From positions 15,347-79,346 of the forward strand of contig JAZBOO010000280.1 in assembly GCA_036351155.1 (NCBI GenBank): a DNA stretch of 64,000 nt. The letters run 5' to 3'. A program made the translations under genes and the position numbers. Source of the DNA: Candidatus Krumholzibacteriia bacterium. Lineage in GTDB: Bacteria; Krumholzibacteriota; Krumholzibacteriia; LZORAL124-64-63. The first letter of the stretch is position 1. The number at the start of each line of letters is the position of its first letter. The notes under the pieces were generated by a model. The model saw only the letters and a program-made list of their open reading frames with translations. It was not told the origin of the DNA and did no database searches. Shown here piece by piece: positions 46,376-57,681 of this stretch.

Positions 46376-47699
46376 GTTCAAACCTTTCTGGATGGATCGG
46401 GTTCATTGTCTGCAGAGATGATACTCCAAGCAGTCCGAATTGCACATCATCTCGTCCGAACATCAGGTCGATGGTCCATTCCAGGGCGATCCTCAGGCGT
46501 CGTCCCCAGCCGGGCATCTTCATGAGATAGACCGTGCGCCACAGGAACCACGCGGCAAAACCGGCCAGCTTGATGGGGCCGATGCGGGCCACGCCGGTGC
46601 GGCAACCCAGGGCCACCAGCTGGCCGCGGTCCCGGATCACACATGGTCCGGTGGGCTGCCCACGCAGGACCCGCAGGAGGTTGTCGGCCAGTTGCCGCCC
46701 CTGCTGGACGGCGGCCTGGGCCGTGGCCGGATAGGGGCGTCCCGTCGGATCGGGGTTGACGGCGCAATCGCCGATGGCCCACAGGTGTTCGTGGCCCTGG
46801 ACCCTGAGGTCGGGGGAGCAAAGGATCCAGCCACGTTCGTCCGACGGGAGCCCCAGTGCTGTCAGTGCCGGGTTGGGTGCGATCCCGGCACACCAGATGA
46901 CCGTCCGGGTGGCCAGACGGTCACCGCCGGCCAGAATGATATGATCTTCGCTCACTTCCTGAACAGAGGTGTTCAGGCGCAGGTGAATGCCGCGCTGCTG
47001 CAGTTTTTCGGCGGCAAATGACGCCAGCTTGGCGTCCAGGTTGGGCAAGATGCGGGGTGCGATATCGATCAGCGTGACCGTGATGTCCGAATCGTGGACA
47101 TGGCTGTAGCGACGGGCGGCCCTTTTGAGGAACACCTCGAACTCACCGGCCACTTCCACCCCGGTGAAACTCGAACCGACCACGGCAAAGTGCAGCAGTT
47201 CGCGGCGCAGCAGGTGGTCCGGCGACTGATCGGCTTGCTCCAGCAAGCGGATGGCCCGGTCGCGCAGAGCGATGGCGTCCGCCACCCCCTTGACCTGCAG
47301 TCCGTGCTGGTGCAGTCCGGGGATGGGGGGCAAATTGGTGATGCTGCCCATGCCCAGAACCAGGTGATCGTAAGGGATGTTCCGGGGTTGAGCCTGTCCC
47401 ACCGGGCGCACAGCTATGGTCTTCTGATCCAGGTCGGCCCCGATAAATTCCCCCATGAGGAGGTCGTCCGAACGCGTGAAGGCGCGCAGTCCCACCACCG
47501 CATGCCGGGGGGATAGACTGCCGGTCCCCGCTTCCACCAGGAAGGGGTGAAAAACGAAGAAATTGTTGCGGTCGATCAGCAGGACTTCAGCCTCACCCGG
47601 CTTCAGCTTTTTCAAAAGCCGCTGCACCGCGCTGGCTCCGCCGAACCCACCGCCTACCACCACGATACGAGGAATGTCACTTTTATGGTGAATACCCAT
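46317..47699 (-). CDS. ndh: Type II NADH:quinone oxidoreductase (NDH-2)
   Basis: GGGFGG, YDHLVLG, GSSFTGVEVAGE, WCAG, WAIGD, quinone motif AQAAVQQG. Confidence 0.85.
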   Translation of the reverse strand: MGIHHKSDIPRIVVVGGGFGGASAVQRLLKKLKPGEAEVLLIDRNNFFVFHPFLVEAGTGSLSPRHAVVGLRAFTRSDDLLMGEFIGADLDQKTIAVRPVGQAQPRNIPYDHLVLGMGSITNLPPIPGLHQHGLQVKGVADAIALRDRAIRLLEQADQSPDHLLRRELLHFAVVGSSFTGVEVAGEFEVFLKRAARRYSHVHDSDITVTLIDIAPRILPNLDAKLASFAAEKLQQRGIHLRLNTSVQEVSEDHIILAGGDRLATRTVIWCAGIAPNPALTALGLPSDERGWILCSPDLRVQGHEHLWAIGDCAVNPDPTGRPYPATAQAAVQQGRQLADNLLRVLRGQPTGPCVIRDRGQLVALGCRTGVARIGPIKLAGFAAWFLWRTVYLMKMPGWGRRLRIALEWTIDLMFGRDDVQFGLLGVSSLQTMNPIHPERFEHEPSQRHRLHRIHHHRSER

Positions 47700-47833
47700 G
47701 GCATCCTACTCGGCTTGCGATTATCATTTTCATCTGTCTTGATTATACTTGATAAAAAAGGTATGATTTTCACGCCAGTTCCGGGTTCTCACAACCGGAA
47801 TCAACCGTCACCCACATTCCGTAATCCGGGGCC

Positions 47834-50665
47834 ATGAATAACCGTAAAAACAATGATCCCAATACGTTGAGCCTTTCATACGCGGAAATGCTCTGGCAAT
47901 CTTGGCAGGATGATCCTGCCAGCGTGCCCCCCGCCTGGCAGGCCTGGTTTGCCGCCCAGAACGTGGCTGGACCCAGTGACCCATCCTATCAGCCTTCCGG
48001 GGCGGCGAGCGACCGTGCCTTGGCCGACCAGAACAAGGTCGATCAGATGGTCAGGAATTACCGGGTCAGGGGTCATCGTATTGCCAACTTGAACCCCCTG
48101 GGCAAGCCCATGGAGGAGCCTCCTGAGCTGACCCTGGAATATTATGGATTCGGTGAAGGGGATCTGGATCGCGTCTTCTCGGCGGGAACCCTGAGCCCGG
48201 GCGATATGCTCCCGCTACGGGAAATCCAGCGCAAGCTTCAGGCCACCTATTCGCGCTTCATCGGTGTGCAGTACATGCACATCGACGACCTGCAGGTCCG
48301 GGAATGGCTGCAGGGCCGCATGGAGGCCAGTGAAAATCGTATCGAGCTGGACCACGAGGTTCAGGAACGGATCCTCAAGCGGCTGATCGACGCAGAGATT
48401 TTCGAGGAATTCATCCAGAACAAGTATCTGGGAGCCAAGCGCTTCAGCCTGGAGGGCGCCGAGACGCTCATTCCTTTGCTGGACATGGCCATCGAGCATG
48501 CCGGTCAGCAGGGGCTGGACAAGGTGGTCATCGGGATGGCTCACCGTGGTCGACTGAACGTGCTGGCCAACATCCTCCATAAAAGCCCCAAGAAGATTTT
48601 CCAGGAATTCGAGGACGCCGATGCCGAAACCTACCTGGGGCGTGGCGATGTTAAGTACCACCTCGGCCATCATTCGAACTGGACCACCCGACAGGGTGAT
48701 ATCGTTCATCTGAGCCTGTGTTTCAATCCCAGTCATCTGGAGTTTGTCACGCCGGTGGCGCAGGGGCGAGTGCGGGCCCGGCAGGATCGACTGGAGGACG
48801 CAGGTCGAGAAAAGAGCATGGCCCTTCTGATTCATGGCGATGCCGCCTTCAGCGGCCAGGGGGTCATCCAGGAGTCATTGAACCTTTCGCAGCTTGACGG
48901 CTACACCACCGGGGGGTCCCTCCATCTGGTGTTGAACAACCAGATCGGTTTCACCACGGATCCCCACGACGCGCGTTCCACGCGGTACTGCACCGACGTG
49001 GCCAAGATGCTGCAGGCCCCGGTTTTCCACGTCAACGGTGAGGACCCCGAGGCGGTGGCCCAGGTCATCAGCCTGGCCATGGACTTTCGAAAGGAGTGGA
49101 AGCGGGATGTCATCGTGGATATGTATTGTTTCCGCCGTCGCGGACACAACGAGACCGATGAGCCGGCTTTCACCCAGCCCATCATGTATCAAGCAATTGA
49201 TCGTCGCCCATCGGTGCGGGAAGGGTATCTCAAGCGTCTGACCAAGACCGGCCCTTTGACTCAGAAAACAGCGGACGAGATGCTTGTGGAACGCCGGCAA
49301 CGTTTACAGGGGATTCTGGACGAGGTGCGAGAAGGTCCCCCCGAGAAGGTGGATGAACTGGACCGGCGGAAAGTTCTGGGACCGGTCTGGAAGGAATACA
49401 TGGGCGGACCCGAGCCGGGGGGGCCCAAGCTGTACACCGGTGTGGAACAAGAGAAGCTGAAGGACATTCTCCAGAGTATTTCGAGGCATCCCGAGGACTT
49501 TCAGCCGCACCGCAAGATCAAACGACTGTTGACCCAGCGCCAGGAAATGGCCGAGGGAGAGCGCCCGCTGGACTGGGCTGCCGCCGAGGCGTTGGCCTAT
49601 GGCTCCCTGGCTCTCGAAGGCCACCCCGTACGTCTGAGTGGCCAGGACAGCCAGCGGGGCACCTTCAGCCACCGCCACTCCGTCCTGCACGACAGAGAGA
49701 CCGGGGATACTTATGCTCCTCTGCAGAATCTTGGATCTCAGCAGGGCTGGGTGCAGACCCTGAACAGCCCGCTGTCCGAGGTGGCCGTCCTGGGATTTGA
49801 GTACGGCTACAGCCTCACCTATCCCGAGGCCCTGGTCATCTGGGAAGCGCAGTTCGGGGATTTCAACAATGTGGCACAGCCCATCATTGACCAGTTCATC
49901 GCCAGTGCCGAGAGCAAGTGGGGGATGCTGTCCGGTCTGGTGATGATGTTGCCTCACGGCTTCGAGGGCATGGGGCCTGAGCATAGCAGTGCGCGGGTGG
50001 AACGTTTTCTGCAGCTGGCCGCCGAGGACAATCTGCAAATCGCCAACCCGACGACGCCCGGGCAGCTGTTCCATCTGTTGCGGCGGCAGGTCTGGCGCCA
50101 CTGGCGCAAGCCTCTGGTCCTGCTGTCCCCCAAGTCTTTGCTGCGCCACCCGGGCTGCGTCAGCTCACTGGACGATCTATCCGCCGGCTCCTTCGAGCCG
50201 GTCCTGGCCGACCCGACCGCGCCGGATCCGGCCAAGGTCAAGCGCATCTTGCTGTGCAGCGGCAAGGTGTACTACGATCTGGAAAAGGAACGCCGCAGCC
50301 GCGGCCGCGAGGATGTGGCCATTCTGCGACTGGAACAGCCTTACCCTGTGCCGGCCAGTGCCTTGATCGGTGCAGTGGGGCGGTACGCCGACGAGACTCC
50401 GCTGATCTGGGTCCAGGAAGAACCGGCCAACATGGGCGTGTGGCCCTATCTGCGTTATCGCTTCGGTCAGCGGTTCCTGGGACGCGAATTGCTGGGGGTG
50501 TGCCGCCCTGAAGCGGCCAGTCCAGCCACCGGTTCGGCCGCGAGCCACAAACTTGAACTTTGTATGCTGCTGGACCAGGTTTTCGGATCGCTGGGCGATC
50601 TATCCTCCTCCCGGCCGCCATGGAATCAGAACCCCGAAAGGATTGACCAATGTCGGTCGACGTGA
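47834..50665 (+). CDS. sucA: 2-oxoglutarate dehydrogenase E1
   Basis: [69 protein letters not shown]. Confidence 0.96.
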   Translation: MNNRKNNDPNTLSLSYAEMLWQSWQDDPASVPPAWQAWFAAQNVAGPSDPSYQPSGAASDRALADQNKVDQMVRNYRVRGHRIANLNPLGKPMEEPPELTLEYYGFGEGDLDRVFSAGTLSPGDMLPLREIQRKLQATYSRFIGVQYMHIDDLQVREWLQGRMEASENRIELDHEVQERILKRLIDAEIFEEFIQNKYLGAKRFSLEGAETLIPLLDMAIEHAGQQGLDKVVIGMAHRGRLNVLANILHKSPKKIFQEFEDADAETYLGRGDVKYHLGHHSNWTTRQGDIVHLSLCFNPSHLEFVTPVAQGRVRARQDRLEDAGREKSMALLIHGDAAFSGQGVIQESLNLSQLDGYTTGGSLHLVLNNQIGFTTDPHDARSTRYCTDVAKMLQAPVFHVNGEDPEAVAQVISLAMDFRKEWKRDVIVDMYCFRRRGHNETDEPAFTQPIMYQAIDRRPSVREGYLKRLTKTGPLTQKTADEMLVERRQRLQGILDEVREGPPEKVDELDRRKVLGPVWKEYMGGPEPGGPKLYTGVEQEKLKDILQSISRHPEDFQPHRKIKRLLTQRQEMAEGERPLDWAAAEALAYGSLALEGHPVRLSGQDSQRGTFSHRHSVLHDRETGDTYAPLQNLGSQQGWVQTLNSPLSEVAVLGFEYGYSLTYPEALVIWEAQFGDFNNVAQPIIDQFIASAESKWGMLSGLVMMLPHGFEGMGPEHSSARVERFLQLAAEDNLQIANPTTPGQLFHLLRRQVWRHWRKPLVLLSPKSLLRHPGCVSSLDDLSAGSFEPVLADPTAPDPAKVKRILLCSGKVYYDLEKERRSRGREDVAILRLEQPYPVPASALIGAVGRYADETPLIWVQEEPANMGVWPYLRYRFGQRFLGRELLGVCRPEAASPATGSAASHKLELCMLLDQVFGSLGDLSSSRPPWNQNPERIDQCRST

Positions 50666-51843
50666 CAGTGCCCGATCTGGGCGAGTCCATCAATGAAGTG
50701 GAAGTGTCCGGACTGCTGAAGCAGCAGGGCGATGCGGTGGCCCTGGATGAGCCCTTGATCGAGCTGGAATCGGACAAGGCCACGGTCGAGGTCCCGGCGC
50801 CGGCGGCCGGTGTGCTGGTGGAAATCCTGGTAGAGGAAGGCGCGGTCCTGAAGACCGGCGACATTCTGGCCCGGATCGATACCGACGCGGTGGCGGCTGC
50901 TCCCTCTGCTGCCGACGAGCAAAAAGAATCGGCGAAGGCGGACACTCCGCATGTCATGCCGGCGGCCCAGCGGGTCATGGACGAACGGGGGATTTCCCCG
51001 GACCAGGTCAAGGGAACCGGGCCCGGCGGCCGGGTGCTGAAAGAAGATGTGCCCGATGCGCCTCCGGCCTCCGCTCCGATCGCGCCCCGGCCGGCCGCGA
51101 AGGTGCCCGCGCCATTGCCTGCGCCCCCGACCATGACCGGGGAACGAAACGAGCGCCGCCAGCGCATGAGCCCCATTCGTCGGCGGATCGCTGAACGCCT
51201 GGTGGAATCGCAGCAAACGGCGGCCCTGTTGACCACCTTCAACGAGATCGACATGACCCGGGTCAAGGCCTTGCGTGCCGAACACCAGGAAGCCTTCACC
51301 GCACGCTACGGCGTGAAGCTGGGTTTCATGAGCTTCTTCACCAAGGCGGCCTGTGAGGCGTTGCAACTCATGCCGGGAATCAATGCCCAGATCGAGGGTG
51401 ATGAGATCCTCTATCACGACTACTGCGACATCGGAATCGCCGTGGGTGGCGGCAAGGGCCTGGTGGTGCCGGTGATCCGCAACGCTGAGATGCTGGACTT
51501 CGGGGGCCTGGAGCAGACCATTGCCGACTACGCTCAGCGCGCCCAGACCAACAAGCTTGATCTCGCAGAACTGGAAGGAGGCACCTTCACCATCAGCAAC
51601 GGTGGGGTGTACGGCTCCCTGATGAGCACGCCCATCATCAACCCGCCCCAGAGCGGAGTGCTGGGGCTGCACAGCATTCAGGACCGCCCGGTGGCCATCG
51701 ACGGCCAGGTGGTGATTCGTCCCATGATGTACGTGGCGCTCACCTACGACCATCGGCTGGTGGACGGCCGCGAAGCGGTCACGTTCCTGAAGCACATCAA
51801 GAACTGCGTCGAACAGCCCGAGCGGCTGTTGTTGAAGGTTTGA
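50650..51843 (+). CDS. sucB: Dihydrolipoamide succinyltransferase E2
   Basis: Lipoyl [41 protein letters not shown]. Confidence 0.96.
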   Translation: MSVDVTVPDLGESINEVEVSGLLKQQGDAVALDEPLIELESDKATVEVPAPAAGVLVEILVEEGAVLKTGDILARIDTDAVAAAPSAADEQKESAKADTPHVMPAAQRVMDERGISPDQVKGTGPGGRVLKEDVPDAPPASAPIAPRPAAKVPAPLPAPPTMTGERNERRQRMSPIRRRIAERLVESQQTAALLTTFNEIDMTRVKALRAEHQEAFTARYGVKLGFMSFFTKAACEALQLMPGINAQIEGDEILYHDYCDIGIAVGGGKGLVVPVIRNAEMLDFGGLEQTIADYAQRAQTNKLDLAELEGGTFTISNGGVYGSLMSTPIINPPQSGVLGLHSIQDRPVAIDGQVVIRPMMYVALTYDHRLVDGREAVTFLKHIKNCVEQPERLLLKV

Positions 51844-51845
51844 TC

Positions 51846-53222
51846 ATGGCGGCGAAAAAGCACGATCTCATCGTCATCGGAGCCGGCCCCGGCGGCTATG
51901 CCGCGGCCATCCGTGGGGCCCAGCTGGGTCTGGACACGGCCTGCATCGAAAAGGAAGCGCGTCTGGGGGGGACCTGCCTGCGGGTGGGGTGCATTCCCAG
52001 CAAGGCTCTCCTGGAAAGCAGCGAGAAGTTTGCCGAGGCGGGCCATGCCCTGGCCGGTCATGGCGTGAAGGTGGGCCAGCCGGAGCTGGACCTGGCGGCC
52101 ATGATGGGTCGCAAGGACGGCATCGTCGAGCAGCTGACCGACGGCATCGCCGGGCTGTTCAAGGTGAACAAGGTGACCCGATACGAGGGTGCGGCCCAGC
52201 TGACGGGCCCCGGCAAGGTCCAGGTGGGAGATCAGGAACTGACGGCGGACAAGATCATCATCGCCACCGGCAGTACGGCCAGTTCGCTGCCCGGGGTGGA
52301 GCTGGATGGTGACCTGGTGGGGGACAGCACAGCCGCCCTTTCCTGGTCCGCAGTGCCCGAGCATCTGGTGGTGATCGGCGCCGGGTACATCGGACTGGAG
52401 CTGGGCTCGGTTTGGGCCCGCCTCGGGGCCAAGGTCACGGTCATGGAGTATCTCAAGCGCATCTTGCCGGGCACCGATGGCGAGATTGCCCGGGTGGCTC
52501 TGCAGCTGTTCAAACGCCAGGGCCTGGATTTTGCCCTGGGCAGCCGGGTCACCGGCACGGAGATCAAGGACGGCAAGGTGCAGGTCCATCGTGATGGTGA
52601 AGATCCGGTGACCTGCGATCGGGTACTGGTTGCGGTGGGTCGACGCCCCGTGACCGAGGGCCTGGGTCTGGAAACCGCGGGGGTGTCGCTGGACGATCGA
52701 GGCTTCATCAAGGTCGATCAGCACAATCTGGCCGCGCCCGGGGTCTGGGCTGTTGGCGATGTGGCCGGGGGGGCCATGCTGGCGCACAAGGCCACGGACG
52801 AGGCGGTGGCCTGCGTGGAACGGATGGTCGGTCAGGCCGGGCATTTCGATGCATCTCTGGTACCCGGGGTGTGCTACACCGATCCGGAAATTGCGGGAGT
52901 GGGGAAGACCGAGGAAGATCTGAAGGATGCCAAGATTCCCTACAACAAGGGCGTCTACACCTTCCGTGCCAACGGCAGGGCCCTGGCTCTGGACCGCCCC
53001 GAAGGTCGCGTCAAGGTTCTGGCGCACAAGGAAACCGACCGGGTGCTGGGTGTGCACATTGTCGGGCCGCGGGCCGGTGACCTGATTGCCGAGGCCACGG
53101 CGGCCATGGCCTTCGGGGCCAGCGCCGAGGACATCGGCCGGGTTTGCCATGCGCACCCGACGCTGTCCGAAGTACTGCGTGAAGCGTCACTGGCCGCATT
53201 CGACCGGCCTCTGCACGGGTAG
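51846..53222 (+). CDS. lpdA: Dihydrolipoamide dehydrogenase E3
   Basis: GAGPGG, GGTCLRVGCIPSK, GAGYIGLE, HAHPTLSE. Confidence 0.96.
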   Translation: MAAKKHDLIVIGAGPGGYAAAIRGAQLGLDTACIEKEARLGGTCLRVGCIPSKALLESSEKFAEAGHALAGHGVKVGQPELDLAAMMGRKDGIVEQLTDGIAGLFKVNKVTRYEGAAQLTGPGKVQVGDQELTADKIIIATGSTASSLPGVELDGDLVGDSTAALSWSAVPEHLVVIGAGYIGLELGSVWARLGAKVTVMEYLKRILPGTDGEIARVALQLFKRQGLDFALGSRVTGTEIKDGKVQVHRDGEDPVTCDRVLVAVGRRPVTEGLGLETAGVSLDDRGFIKVDQHNLAAPGVWAVGDVAGGAMLAHKATDEAVACVERMVGQAGHFDASLVPGVCYTDPEIAGVGKTEEDLKDAKIPYNKGVYTFRANGRALALDRPEGRVKVLAHKETDRVLGVHIVGPRAGDLIAEATAAMAFGASAEDIGRVCHAHPTLSEVLREASLAAFDRPLHG

Positions 53223-53244
53223 GTCGTCACGGGGGGCCGCGCTT

Positions 53245-54378
53245 TCAGATGGCCTGCAGCCACCTGTAGAGCTCGTCCAGCTCGACGCGCCCCGTGTGGT
53301 TGATCTTGCCCAGATCCTCGGGCAACACCCACCGCAATCCCACGCGCGTGGATTGCTTCTTGTCTCCCGCCAGCAGGCGCCCGAGTTCCTCGGGGCCCGG
53401 GGCCGTCCAGGTGATGGGCAGGCCGCAGGCCTCGAGCACCTCGATCATCTTGACGGCCAGGGGCAAGGGGCAGCTTCCCCTTTCGGCAGCCAGACGGAAC
53501 ACCACGGCCATGCCCACCGACACGGCTTCTCCGTGGCTCAGGGGACGGTCTGATGGCTTGCTCCATGCCTCGAGGGCGTGGCCCAGGGTGTGGCCCAGGT
53601 TCAGGTTCCTGCGTTCGCCTTTCTCCCGGAAATCCCGGTTGACGATCCCGGCCTTGACGGCCGCTGCGCGCCCGATCCACCGGGCCCAGGGCAGGCAGCC
53701 CAGCACTCCGGGAACCATCTCCTCAGCCGGCCCCTCGGCAAACAGCCGCCACAACGCGGGGCGCGCTTCGTGGATCTCTTCAAACAGGAGGGGATCTCCG
53801 ATGGCGGCAGTCTTGATCATCTCGGCCAGGCCATCGCGCCAGGCCTGGCGGGGCAGGGTGGCCAGGAAGCCCACGTCAGCCAGGACGGCGCTGGCCGGAT
53901 AGAATAGCCCCACGGGATTCTTCAGCCCCGCGGCATTGATGGCGGTCTTGCCGCCGATGGAGGCATCGACCATGGCCAGCAGTGTGGTGGGGAAGGAAAC
54001 GAAACCCATGCCGCGTCGCCACGTGCCGGCGGCCAGTCCGGCCACATCCAGCACGGCGCCTCCGCCCACGGCCACCAGGGTGCGGTCCCTGCCGACGGCC
54101 TGCTCGGCCAGCCAGTTGTAGATGACCTCCAGCTGCTGCATGGTCTTGGCGGACTCACCTCCGGGGACCACCAGGGTCTGGTGTGGGCTGGCTCCACAGC
54201 TGTTCTGGATCTGCTCGACCCACGGGGCATGGAGCAAAGCCACCGCTTCGTCCAGGAGGTATACGGGGGGGTATCCCTTGACGTATCTGGGCAGTTCAAG
54301 ACCGGCCAGAGGGCCCAGGATGTATCGGCTTTTCTCGCCGTCGAGATTCATGTCCAGGATCAGGGGTTGCTCGGCCAT
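53245..54378 (-). CDS. aroB: 3-dehydroquinate synthase
   Basis: GESAK, GGGAVLD, PTTLLAMVDASIGGKT, KNPVG, AEMIK, LNLGHTLGHALE, HGEAV. Confidence 0.92.
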   Translation of the reverse strand: MAEQPLILDMNLDGEKSRYILGPLAGLELPRYVKGYPPVYLLDEAVALLHAPWVEQIQNSCGASPHQTLVVPGGESAKTMQQLEVIYNWLAEQAVGRDRTLVAVGGGAVLDVAGLAAGTWRRGMGFVSFPTTLLAMVDASIGGKTAINAAGLKNPVGLFYPASAVLADVGFLATLPRQAWRDGLAEMIKTAAIGDPLLFEEIHEARPALWRLFAEGPAEEMVPGVLGCLPWARWIGRAAAVKAGIVNRDFREKGERRNLNLGHTLGHALEAWSKPSDRPLSHGEAVSVGMAVVFRLAAERGSCPLPLAVKMIEVLEACGLPITWTAPGPEELGRLLAGDKKQSTRVGLRWVLPEDLGKINHTGRVELDELYRWLQAI

Positions 54379-54604
54379 TATTTCCTACCTGTTGAGTGAG
54401 TGTGTGACCGGCCAAAGCCAAGTGCTGTATGAATTAATAGCATTTACCGGGTGGAAATGCTAGTTGAAAATAAGTATCAGTTTCATCAACTGTTTGTTTC
54501 ACAACGGTTTAACTTGTTAACTCCTCGTGCGGTGTTTACTTTTGTCGCACCGGCCCGTCATCCTACACGCCGGTACGATTGAATTCCACAAAAGGAGTAG
54601 TTCC

Positions 54605-55186
54605 ATGGCAGGTCAGATGGTTGAAGTCCGCTGGCATGCGCGGGGTGGTCAGGGCGCCAAGACGGCAGCCATGTTCCTGGCCGAAGCCGTCCTGGAGAAG
54701 GGCAAGTACGGTCAGGGTTTTCCCGAGTACGGTCCCGAGCGTCGCGGCGCTCCCATGCGCGGGTACACGCGGATTTCCGAAACCCCCATTCGTCGGCATT
54801 GCATGATTGAAAATCCCGGTATCGTCATCATTCTGGACCCCAGCTTGATGGATTCAGCCGCTGCGGGTTGCTCCGCCGGTACGAGCAAGGATACCGTTTT
54901 CCTGGTCAATACCACCGAGTCCATTGCGGCGACCAAGAAGAAGCTCGGAGTCAAGGGCGCCACCGTCCATACCGTCGATGCCACCGGCATTGCTCTGGAC
55001 ACCATCGGCCGTCCCATTCCGAACATGCCCATGATCGGGGCCCTCCTGGCCTTCAATGAGATGCTCTCCCTGGATGAACTGAAAGGCGCGCTGGTCACCC
55101 AGTTGAGCAGCAAGTTCTCCCAGGCCGTCATCGACGGTAACCTGGCCGCAGTCGAGCGGGCCAACAAGGAAGTGGTGTCCGAATGA
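54605..55186 (+). CDS. porC: Pyruvate/2-oxoacid:ferredoxin oxidoreductase gamma subunit
   Basis: EVRWHARGGQGAKT, PEYGPERRGAP, PIPNMPMIGA. RBS AAGGAG. Confidence 0.92.
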   Translation: MAGQMVEVRWHARGGQGAKTAAMFLAEAVLEKGKYGQGFPEYGPERRGAPMRGYTRISETPIRRHCMIENPGIVIILDPSLMDSAAAGCSAGTSKDTVFLVNTTESIAATKKKLGVKGATVHTVDATGIALDTIGRPIPNMPMIGALLAFNEMLSLDELKGALVTQLSSKFSQAVIDGNLAAVERANKEVVSE

Positions 55187-55491
55187 GTTTCCTGAAAAAA
55201 GAACAGCTCCACGAGGGCGGCATCATCCGGGAGGCGGGCAATGCCCACGATTATGCCACCGGTGACTGGCGCACTTTCGTGCCTGAGTTCAAAGAGGGCA
55301 ATTGCATCCACTGCATGTTCTGCTGGATCTACTGTCCCGATAGCGCCATCGAAATCGACAATTCGGGACCGAAGCCCATCATGAAGGGCATCATCCTGGA
55401 GCACTGCAAGGGCTGCGGAATCTGCGCCCAGGAATGTCCCCCGGCCGCCAAGGGCAACGCTGCCCTGGTCATGGTCCGCGAGGAAAAGTAG
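55183..55491 (+). CDS. porD: Pyruvate/2-oxoacid:ferredoxin oxidoreductase delta subunit
   Basis: TGDWR, CIHCMFCWIYCPD, CKGCGICAQECP. Confidence 0.92.
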   Translation: MSFLKKEQLHEGGIIREAGNAHDYATGDWRTFVPEFKEGNCIHCMFCWIYCPDSAIEIDNSGPKPIMKGIILEHCKGCGICAQECPPAAKGNAALVMVREEK

Positions 55492-55516
55492 GCGTCAGCC
55501 GGAAAGGAATCGAGTC

Positions 55517-56692
55517 ATGGAACAGAAACTCGTGGCACTGTCCGGCAATGAGGCCGTGGCCTATGCGTTCAAGCAGGCCAAGCCCCATGTCGCAGCTGCC
55601 TTCCCCATCACTCCGCAGACGGAGATGATGCACAAGTATGCCGAGTTCGTGGCCAACGGCCAGTCGTCCACGGAGATGATCCTGGTCGAGAGCGAGCATT
55701 CGGCCATGAGCGCTGCCGTCGGCTCTGCCGCCGCCGGGGCCCGGACCTTCACCGCCACCAGCAGTGCCGGTTTCGCCCTGATGTGGGAAATCGTGTACAT
55801 CGCCGCCTCGCTGCGCCTGCCCATCTGCATGGCGCTGGTCAACCGGGCGCTCAGTGGCAACATCAACATCCACTGCGACCACAGCGACAGCATGGGTGGC
55901 CGTGATGCGGGCTGGATTCACCTGTTCAGCGAGAACGCCCAGGAATCCTACGACAACGCGATCATGTCCTGGCGCATTGCCGAGCACATGGATGTCCGTC
56001 TGCCGGTCATGGTGAACTACGACGGTTTCATCATCAGCCACACCGCCGACAGCCTGTACATGCTGCCGGACGACGAGGCCTACAAGTTCATCGGCAAGTA
56101 CAAGGCCAACTATTCGTTGCTGGATGTGGAGAATCCCATCACGGTGGGTCCGCTGGATCTGACGGACTACTACTTCGAGCACAAGGTCAGTCAGCTGGAA
56201 GCCTATCCGCGTGCGCTGGAAGTCATCAAGCAGGTGAGCAAGGAGTATGGCGATCTGACCGGCCGTTACTACGACTTCGCCGAAGAGTACATGATGGACG
56301 ACGCCGAGATGGTCATGGTCGTGCTGGGCAGCAGCGCCGGGACCTGCAAGGACGTCATCGACGAGTACCGGGAAAAAGGCGTCAAGGTGGGGCTGCTGAA
56401 GCTGCGCACCTTCCGGCCTTTCCCCGTGGCGTACATCGCCGAGAAGCTCGCCGGCCGCAAGGCTGTCTGCGTGCTCGACCGCTCGGCCAGCTTCGGCGGC
56501 CAGGGCGGCCCGGTGTTCATGGAAGTGCGTTCGGCCATGTATGGCCTGCAGGTGCCCGTGCACGGCTACATTTACGGGCTGGGTGGCCGGGACTTCGATC
56601 TGAAGCAGGCCGCGACGGTCATCGATAATCTGAAGAAGGTTGCCGCCGGCAACGAGATGGCGGAAATCAACCTCTTGGGCGTCAGGTCCTAG
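55517..56692 (+). CDS. porA: Pyruvate/2-oxoacid:ferredoxin oxidoreductase alpha subunit
   Basis: GNEAVA, FPITPQT, ESEHSAMS, TATSS, NRALS, FRPFP, GLGGRD. Confidence 0.92.
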   Translation: MEQKLVALSGNEAVAYAFKQAKPHVAAAFPITPQTEMMHKYAEFVANGQSSTEMILVESEHSAMSAAVGSAAAGARTFTATSSAGFALMWEIVYIAASLRLPICMALVNRALSGNINIHCDHSDSMGGRDAGWIHLFSENAQESYDNAIMSWRIAEHMDVRLPVMVNYDGFIISHTADSLYMLPDDEAYKFIGKYKANYSLLDVENPITVGPLDLTDYYFEHKVSQLEAYPRALEVIKQVSKEYGDLTGRYYDFAEEYMMDDAEMVMVVLGSSAGTCKDVIDEYREKGVKVGLLKLRTFRPFPVAYIAEKLAGRKAVCVLDRSASFGGQGGPVFMEVRSAMYGLQVPVHGYIYGLGGRDFDLKQAATVIDNLKKVAAGNEMAEINLLGVRS

Positions 56693-56709
56693 GAAAGGAG
56701 GCAGAGACA

Positions 56710-57651
56710 ATGGCAACGAATCTCAAAGTGTTGACCCAGAACCCTGAACTCCTGACCGGAGGACACCGCGCCTGTGCTGGTTGCACCGGAGCGAACATCC
56801 TGCGGCAGATCATGCTGACCGCGGGTAAAGATACCGTGGTCGGTGGAGCGACGGGCTGCATGGAAGTGGTCACGACCATCTTCCCTTACACCGCCTGGCG
56901 GACCTCGTTCATCCACAGCGCGTTCGAAAACTGTGCCGCCACCATCAGTGGTGTCGAGACGGCTTTCCGCTCGCTGAAGAAGCACGGCGAACTGCCGGTC
57001 GAGCGCGAGAAGATGAACTTCATCGCCTTCGGCGGCGACGGCGGCACCTATGACATCGGACTGCAGTCGCTGTCCGGCGCCATGGAGCGCGGTCACAACA
57101 TGCTGTACGTGTGTTACGACAACGAAGCCTACATGAACACCGGAATCCAGCGTTCGAGCGCGACGCCCCTGGGCGCCCACACCTCGACCGCTCCGGCCGG
57201 CAGCCACAGCTCCGGCAAGCAGCAGTTCCGCAAGGATCTGACCCGGATCATGGTGGCCCACAACATCCCCTACGTGGCCCAGACCACGCCCTTCCACTGG
57301 AAGGACCTGGCCATGAAGGTGGAGAAGGCCCTGGCCTGTGACGGACCTGCGTTCCTGAACATCCTGATGCCTTGCACCGTGGGCTGGCACTTCGACACCG
57401 CCATCGGCATGCAGCTGGCCAAAGAAGCTGTGGACAACAACTTCTGGCCCCTGTTCGAGGTCGAGAACGGCGTCTACAAGATGAACAAGAAGACCAAGGA
57501 TCGGCCCCCTGTGGTCGAGTGGATGAAGAAACAGGGGCGTTTCAAGCACCTGTTCCTGCCCGGCAACGAGAAGATGCTCGAGGACTCCCAGATGTGGGTG
57601 GACACCGAGTACGAAAAGCTTCTGAAGCTGGAAGAGAGCACCAACTCCTGA
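56710..57651 (+). CDS. porB: Pyruvate/2-oxoacid:ferredoxin oxidoreductase beta subunit
   Basis: GHRACAGC, TGCME, TPP motif GDGGTYDIG...DNEAYMNTGIQRS, PC. Confidence 0.92.
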   Translation: MATNLKVLTQNPELLTGGHRACAGCTGANILRQIMLTAGKDTVVGGATGCMEVVTTIFPYTAWRTSFIHSAFENCAATISGVETAFRSLKKHGELPVEREKMNFIAFGGDGGTYDIGLQSLSGAMERGHNMLYVCYDNEAYMNTGIQRSSATPLGAHTSTAPAGSHSSGKQQFRKDLTRIMVAHNIPYVAQTTPFHWKDLAMKVEKALACDGPAFLNILMPCTVGWHFDTAIGMQLAKEAVDNNFWPLFEVENGVYKMNKKTKDRPPVVEWMKKQGRFKHLFLPGNEKMLEDSQMWVDTEYEKLLKLEESTNS

Positions 57652-57681
57652 CCGGCGTGGTGCTGATGATTCATGAAGAGC

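Noticed and set aside
47700..47833. FNR or Rex box in the ndh/sucA divergent promoter
   Set aside because: Only direct TTGAT copies and partial half-sites occur. There is no complete TTGAT-N4-ATCAA or TTGTGAA-N4-TTCACAA.
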